Source: Hyphomicrobiales bacterium
Lineage (GTDB): Bacteria; Pseudomonadota; Alphaproteobacteria; Rhizobiales; HXMU1428-3
Length of the DNA: 64,000 nucleotides
Assembly (NCBI GenBank): GCA_965230545.1
Contig: CBDDLE010000003.1
Location: 153,369-217,368 of the forward strand
Direction: 5' to 3'
Of the stretch, positions 59,106-64,000 are shown piece after piece. Below the pieces are notes generated by a model that made no database searches, was not told the origin of the DNA, and saw only the letters and a program-made list of their open reading frames with translations. Every line of letters starts with the position of its first letter. The stretch's first letter is position 1. A program made the position numbers and the translations under genes.

Positions 59106-59876
59106 ATGGATAAAGACACAAACGAACACATCGCTGGTGAATATGTTTTAGGCACGCTTTCTCATGAAGAGAGGAAAGCAGCAACTGAGCGCTTGAAAAC
59201 GGATGCTGAATTTGCCCGCCTTGTGCATGAATGGGAAGAGCGCTTATCACCCCTTGATGACGCTGGTGAGCCCGTTGCAGCACCGCTTGGCAGTTGGCAC
59301 AAAATATCGAACCGTCTTGATGAGCAACCTTCTCTTGTTGAGAGCGCTGACATTTTAAATATCGATGAAGCGATAGATAAAAGCCCACCTTCCGCACTTT
59401 CCCCTGTTGCACAACTCAGAGCCAGTCGCAATCGTTGGCGGGCTGCTTTTATTGGCGCTGTGGCTTTAGCGGCTAGTTTTATTGGGTTGCAAGCTGTTGG
59501 CATTTACCTTCCATTTTTACCAAAACCGGCTGCAGAAGGCCGCTTCATTGCAGTGCTAAACCCTTCAGGCTCTTCAACTGGTTTTGTTATCCGTGTAGAT
59601 GTTGCTTCTAAAAAGCTTGAAATTCAACGTTTGGCTGAAAAAGCACCTTCAGGTAAAGATTATGAACTTTGGGTGATTGAGCCGAAACAATCTCCTAAGT
59701 CTCTTAATGTTGTTGGCCGAAATAATGTTCAAGAGGTTCGCTACTCTCCTTTAACAAGCCAAAAAGAGAGCTCTAAACCGCTTACCTTTGCCATTAGCCT
59801 TGAACCTGAAGGTGGCTCTAAAACTGGTCAGCCAACGGGCCCGATTGTTTTTACAGGGCAGTTGATTTCACAATAA
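59106..59876 (+). CDS. anti-sigma factor, RskA family (anti-sigma-K type) with a TM segment and periplasmic domain
   Basis: The N-terminus AGEYVLGTLSHEERKAATERLKTDAEFARLVHEWEERLSPL is RskA-like. A TM segment follows (AFIGAVALAASFIGLQAVGI), then a C-terminal periplasmic domain. Confidence 0.75.
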   Translation: MDKDTNEHIAGEYVLGTLSHEERKAATERLKTDAEFARLVHEWEERLSPLDDAGEPVAAPLGSWHKISNRLDEQPSLVESADILNIDEAIDKSPPSALSPVAQLRASRNRWRAAFIGAVALAASFIGLQAVGIYLPFLPKPAAEGRFIAVLNPSGSSTGFVIRVDVASKKLEIQRLAEKAPSGKDYELWVIEPKQSPKSLNVVGRNNVQEVRYSPLTSQKESSKPLTFAISLEPEGGSKTGQPTGPIVFTGQLISQ

Positions 59877-60037
59877 GGCTGAGAGCTTATTTGATTGTTT
59901 CATTTCTTTTTTTTAAAATTTTTTCTCTTTTTTGAAACTTTCTCTGCGCCCTTTACGTAACTACTCCTGAGCGCATTTGAAGCGCTTTTTTCAGAGGCGC
60001 TTTTGTGCGCCCATACATTTGATCAGGAGTTTAAAAA

Positions 60038-60637
60038 ATGAAATCTGTTTCCTCATTGTTAAAACAACTTACTCTTACCGCTGCAGTGGCTGGAGTTTTG
60101 GCGCTTGGCTCTCAAAGTGCTTTTTCTGCGCATCATAAATCTATGGGGCATAGCTCAATTAAAGTTGGTGGTGAAGCCATGTTGCCAACGAAGAATATTG
60201 TTCAAAATGCTGTGAACTCAAAAGACCACACAACGCTTGTTGCTGCTGTGAAAGCTGCTGGTTTGGTGGATACGCTGCAAGGCAAAGGCCCTTTTACGGT
60301 TTTTGCGCCAACAAACAGTGCATTTGGAAAATTACCTAAAAACACAGTCCCAACATTGCTCAAAAAAGAGAATCTTGGCACACTAAAGGGCGTTTTAACC
60401 TATCACGTTGTTGCTGGCCGTCTTGATAAAGCCACACTTTGGAAGTGGGTTAAAAAGGGAAATGGTAAAACCGAGTTGAAAACTGTTGCTGGTGGTAAAT
60501 TGTGGGTTATGGCGAATGGCTCGGCAAATTTGATTATCAAAGATGAAAAAGGCAACACAGCTAATTTTCCAACTTATGACGTGATGCAATCAAACGGTGT
60601 TATTCATGTGATCGACACTGTTTTAATGCCGAAATAA
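60038..60637 (+). CDS. fasciclin (FAS1) domain secreted protein
   Basis: A signal peptide is present. The FAS1 motifs are TLVAAVKAAGLVDTL, FTVFAPTNSAF and VIHVIDTVLMP. Confidence 0.88.
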   Translation: MKSVSSLLKQLTLTAAVAGVLALGSQSAFSAHHKSMGHSSIKVGGEAMLPTKNIVQNAVNSKDHTTLVAAVKAAGLVDTLQGKGPFTVFAPTNSAFGKLPKNTVPTLLKKENLGTLKGVLTYHVVAGRLDKATLWKWVKKGNGKTELKTVAGGKLWVMANGSANLIIKDEKGNTANFPTYDVMQSNGVIHVIDTVLMPK

Positions 60638-60704
60638 GTTCCTATATATTCCTATATTCCCTTCAAGCTTACATTCGCGATTGTGTAAGATTGTTTGGGG
60701 ATTT

Positions 60705-60748
60705 GAAACCAGGCCCGTCCCTCTTGTGTGGCCTGGTTTCTCTTTTTA
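60705..60748 (+). terminator. rho-independent terminator of the fasciclin gene
   Basis: The hairpin is AAACCAGGCC...GGCCTGGTTT, followed by CTCTTTTT. Confidence 0.75.
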
Positions 60749-60759
60749 GTGGCGCTTTA

Positions 60760-60781
60760 GGTTGCCCACAAGCAACCGCGC
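60760..60781. repeat. REP-like palindrome GGTTGCCCACAAGCAACCGCGC
   Basis: The core is the same as the copies at 5953-6246 and 31519. A second degenerate copy AATTGCCCACCAGGCAACCGTGG lies at 61018-61040. Confidence 0.8.
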
Positions 60782-61104
60782 TCTATTCTCTCTCACGGCT
60801 ATTTGCTGCTGAAGCAGCAAGCCTCCGAGGGGCGGCGCTAGGCGCCGGGCTTCACTGGCGCTACGCCATGTCCTAACGCCGAAAAGGCGTCACTCCTTCT
60901 TCGTACATTTACGATTAATGTTTTTTCAGCTGCCCGCTAGTAACTACAGCGATACGAATGCGCGGGCGACTTTGTCGCCTGAAGTTCTTCAACAGGACAG
61001 TCTTCAAACGCTCCTTTAATTGCCCACCAGGCAACCGTGGCAAGCACCCGCGCTAACGCTGGACCATTCCCTACAGTCTGAAGTCGTCAGTAGTGTCTGG
61101 GGAT

Positions 61105-61142
61105 CTGAAAAAGAAAAAGGCCAGGATGGGATATCCTGGCCT
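61105..61142 (-). terminator. rho-independent terminator downstream of sdhB
   Basis: The minus-strand hairpin is GGCCAGGATATCCCATCCTGGCC, followed by TTTTTCTTTTTC. Confidence 0.75.
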
Positions 61143-61171
61143 TTAAAATTAACTTTGCATTTTAAATCGAC

Positions 61172-61951
61172 TTAATATTTGCGCTCGACCATTTTCTTTT
61201 TTAGCTCCGCAATGGCTTTGGCTGGGGACAAGCCCTTTGGGCAGGCCTTGGCGCAGTTCATGATTGTGTGACAGCGATAGAGGCGGAATGGATCTTCTAA
61301 ATTATCCAAGCGCTCGCCTGTTGCTTCGTCGCGGCTGTCTGCTACCCAGCGGTAAGCTTGAAGTAGAGCTGCTGGGCCTAAGTAGCGGTCTGAGTTCCAC
61401 CAGTATGATGGGCAAGATGTTGAGCAACATGCACACAAGATACATTCATAAAGCCCGTCGAGTTCTGCGCGGTCTTCAATGGATTGTTTCCATTCTTTTT
61501 GCGGCTCAGGGGTTGTTGTTTTCAACCATGGCTCGATTGAGCGGTGCTGGGCGTAGAAGTGATTTAAATCTGGTACCAGATCTTTAATCACTGCCATGTG
61601 TGGCAATGGATAGATTTTCACGGCGCCTTTGATTTCATCAAGACCTTTGGTACAGGCCAGTGTGTTTGTTCCGTCAATGTTCATTGAGCATGAGCCACAA
61701 ATGCCTTCGCGGCATGAGCGACGGAATGTCAATGTTGGGTCAATTTTGTTTTTAATCCAAATGATTGCATCCAAAACCATTGGGCCGCAATCATCCATAT
61801 CAACAAAATATGTATCGATTTGCGGATTTTCATCATCGTCTGGTGACCAACGATAAACATGAAATTCACGCCAATTGCCGCCATTTTCTGGCTTGTTCCA
61901 GGTTTTACCCTGTTTTGGTTTTGACTTTCTTGGCAGTGTTAGCTGGACCAT
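61172..61951 (-). CDS. sdhB: succinate dehydrogenase iron-sulfur subunit
   Basis: The 2Fe-2S motifs are [15 protein letters not shown], and the 4Fe-4S/3Fe-4S motifs are [13 protein letters not shown] and [13 protein letters not shown]. Confidence 0.97.
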   Translation of the reverse strand: MVQLTLPRKSKPKQGKTWNKPENGGNWREFHVYRWSPDDDENPQIDTYFVDMDDCGPMVLDAIIWIKNKIDPTLTFRRSCREGICGSCSMNIDGTNTLACTKGLDEIKGAVKIYPLPHMAVIKDLVPDLNHFYAQHRSIEPWLKTTTPEPQKEWKQSIEDRAELDGLYECILCACCSTSCPSYWWNSDRYLGPAALLQAYRWVADSRDEATGERLDNLEDPFRLYRCHTIMNCAKACPKGLSPAKAIAELKKKMVERKY

Positions 61952-62068
61952 CTTTTCGTCCCTACCTTCATCTAATCAGCTTGTGCATTTGCACGGTTTT
62001 ATTCATCTTACATCCTGGATATTGACACTTTAATAAAGTGATCAAAACCAGTTCAATCAATCTGGCCT

Positions 62069-63883
62069 TTAATAAACTCTTGCCTTAGGTTTGATGTAAT
62101 CAATTTCTTCAGTCAGTGTGTAGTTGTGAACGGGGCGGAAGTCGAGTTTGACTTTGCCATCGTCTCCAACCCACGCCAATGTGTGTTGCATCCAGTTTTC
62201 ATCATCACGATCTGAATAATCTTCACGCGCATGGGCACCGCGGCTTTCTTTACGGTTTACAGCTGAGTAAGCCGTTGTAAGCGAGCATGCCATGAGGTTA
62301 TCAAACTCTAATGTTTCCATTAGGTCTGAGTTCCAGATGAGCGATCTATCTGTTACTGAGATGTCGTCTTTGCCATCCCACACTTCTGTTACGCGGCGGC
62401 AGCCTTCTGCCATGCTTTCTTCTGTGCGGAACACAGCAACGTCTTCTTGCATGGCTTTTTGCATGGTCAGGCGCATTTCAGCGGTTGATGTGCTACCCTT
62501 TGCGTGACGCGCTTTATCAAAGCGGCCAAGAATTTTGTCAATTTGTTCTTTGCTTGCTTTTGGTCCGGCTTCATCGCCTTCAACGATTTGGCCGGCGCGA
62601 ATGCCAGCGGCTCTACCAAACACAACCAAGTCAATTAATGAGTTAGACCCAAGACGGTTCGCACCGTGAACGGACACACATGCCGCTTCACCAACGGCCA
62701 TCAGGCCTGGCACAACAGCGTCTGGATCGTCACCTTTTTTGGTGAGCACTTCGCCCCAATAGTTACATGGGATGCCACCCATATTGTAGTGCACTGTTGG
62801 CAATACTGGGATTGGCTCTTTGGTTACATCAACGCCTGCGAAAATTTTCGCGCTTTCTGAGATACCTGGTAGACGCTCGCCAAGAACGGCTGGATCAAGA
62901 TGATCAAGGTGCAAGAAGATATGGTCGTTTTCTTTGCCGACACCACGGCCTTCTCTGATTTCCATGGTCATAGAGCGAGATACAACATCACGGCTTGCAA
63001 GGTCTTTGGCGGTAGGTGCATAGCGCTCCATGAAGCGCTCGCCTTCAGAGTTCACCAAATAACCGCCTTCACCACGAGCTCCTTCCGTGATTAAGCAACC
63101 AGCACCGTAAATGCCTGTTGGGTGGAATTGAACGAACTCCATGTCCTGAAGTGGTAAGCCGGCTCTCGCCACCATCGCATTACCATCACCAGTGCAGGTG
63201 TGGGCTGATGTGCATGAGAAGTAGGAGCGGCCATAACCGCCTGTTGCCAGAATTACTAATTTCGCGTTGAAGATGTGCATTGTGCCATCATCAAGGTTCC
63301 ACGCGACCAGGCCTTCGCATTTGCCATCATCACTCATGATAAGATCCAGGCCAAAATATTCGATGAAGAATTCAGCATCATTTCTCAAGGATTGACCATA
63401 AAGCGTGTGCAAAATGGCGTGGCCGGTTCTATCTGCTGCGGCGCATGTACGCTGCACAGGTGGGCCATCACCAAAATTTTGCATGTGACCACCAAATGGG
63501 CGCTGATAGATTGTGCCTTCTTCTGTGCGTGAGAAAGGCACACCGAAGTGATCTAATTCATAAACAGCTTCTGGTGCTTCACGGCAGAGATATTCAATCG
63601 CGTCTTGGTCACCTAACCAGTCTGATCCTTTTACCGTGTCAAACATGTGCCATTGCCAGCTATCTGGCCCCATATTGCTCAATGAAGCTGCAATGCCACC
63701 TTGGGCTGCCACAGTGTGTGAGCGGGTTGGGAATACTTTTGTGACACAGGCCGTTTTTAGCCCTGCTTGTGCTGCGCCTAATGTTGCGCGCAAGCCAGAG
63801 CCACCAGCACCTAACACCACAACATCATATGAATGCTCAATGGTTTTATAGCCCAAACCGTTGGTTTCGTTGGTTGCGTTCAT
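62069..63883 (-). CDS. sdhA: succinate dehydrogenase flavoprotein subunit
   Basis: The FAD motif is [13 protein letters not shown] and the His-FAD attachment region is [10 protein letters not shown]. The product is 604 aa. Confidence 0.97.
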   Translation of the reverse strand: MNATNETNGLGYKTIEHSYDVVVLGAGGSGLRATLGAAQAGLKTACVTKVFPTRSHTVAAQGGIAASLSNMGPDSWQWHMFDTVKGSDWLGDQDAIEYLCREAPEAVYELDHFGVPFSRTEEGTIYQRPFGGHMQNFGDGPPVQRTCAAADRTGHAILHTLYGQSLRNDAEFFIEYFGLDLIMSDDGKCEGLVAWNLDDGTMHIFNAKLVILATGGYGRSYFSCTSAHTCTGDGNAMVARAGLPLQDMEFVQFHPTGIYGAGCLITEGARGEGGYLVNSEGERFMERYAPTAKDLASRDVVSRSMTMEIREGRGVGKENDHIFLHLDHLDPAVLGERLPGISESAKIFAGVDVTKEPIPVLPTVHYNMGGIPCNYWGEVLTKKGDDPDAVVPGLMAVGEAACVSVHGANRLGSNSLIDLVVFGRAAGIRAGQIVEGDEAGPKASKEQIDKILGRFDKARHAKGSTSTAEMRLTMQKAMQEDVAVFRTEESMAEGCRRVTEVWDGKDDISVTDRSLIWNSDLMETLEFDNLMACSLTTAYSAVNRKESRGAHAREDYSDRDDENWMQHTLAWVGDDGKVKLDFRPVHNYTLTEEIDYIKPKARVY

Positions 63884-63892
63884 GGGTTTCTT

Positions 63893-64000
63893 AAGCTCCG
63901 AAGCTGAGTTTTAATAGAGAATACACACCTGCCAAAGCAACAAAGGCGGTGTAAAATGTATTGAGGATGAGAAGACCGATTTTGCTGCCTTCATTGTGCA
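63893..64000 (-). CDS. sdhD: succinate dehydrogenase hydrophobic membrane anchor subunit, 5'-truncated by window edge
   Basis: The product is a hydrophobic C-terminal fragment (...[30 protein letters not shown]) ending 10 nt before the sdhA start. Confidence 0.6.

Overview
This 64-kb window is an alphaproteobacterial (Rhizobiales-like) chromosomal segment. Judged by eye, the core genes sit at moderate GC and are syntenic with known Rhizobiales arrangements. Core housekeeping genes: lptC(partial)-lptA-lptB-rpoN-hpf-ptsN, a DUF1150/hsp20 pair, ubiG, lysC, ptsP (EI-Ntr), prfA-prmC, a DUF4167 gene, clpB, an RND efflux pair, an ECF sigma/anti-sigma/fasciclin module and sdhDAB. Positions 36.6-54.0 kb hold a visibly AT-rich surface-glycan locus, about 17 kb, almost entirely on the minus strand and of the Wzx/Wzy type. 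It encodes nucleotide-sugar enzymes (ManC, Ugd, WbpO/WbpP-like), two Wzy_C-domain membrane proteins, several glycosyltransferases, a NeuB/SpsE-family nonulosonic-acid synthase with two CMP-sugar cytidylyltransferases, and an acetyltransferase. Its lead genes are an RfaH-like NusG paralog and an EPS-type MarR regulator, with an ops-like CGGTAGC motif in the leader between them. On one side the locus is flanked by an NtrC-family two-component system whose AAA+ domain lacks the GAFTGA motif. On the other side is a degraded islet of about 2.8 kb lying between tRNA-His and a 48-bp direct repeat of the tRNA 3' end. Other points of note: a tandem array of palindromic REP-like units downstream of ptsN, with dispersed copies of the same palindrome elsewhere; a pseudo-tRNA; a T9 homopolymer that splits a membrane-anchored SMP-30/gluconolactonase-like gene; a Q/P-rich N-terminal extension on lptB; and a caspase(C14)-Sel1-peptidoglycan-binding protein. 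I did not recognise a self-evident new defence or toxin system. The tRNA-His islet cargo and the regulatory architecture of the glycan locus are the best candidates for further study.
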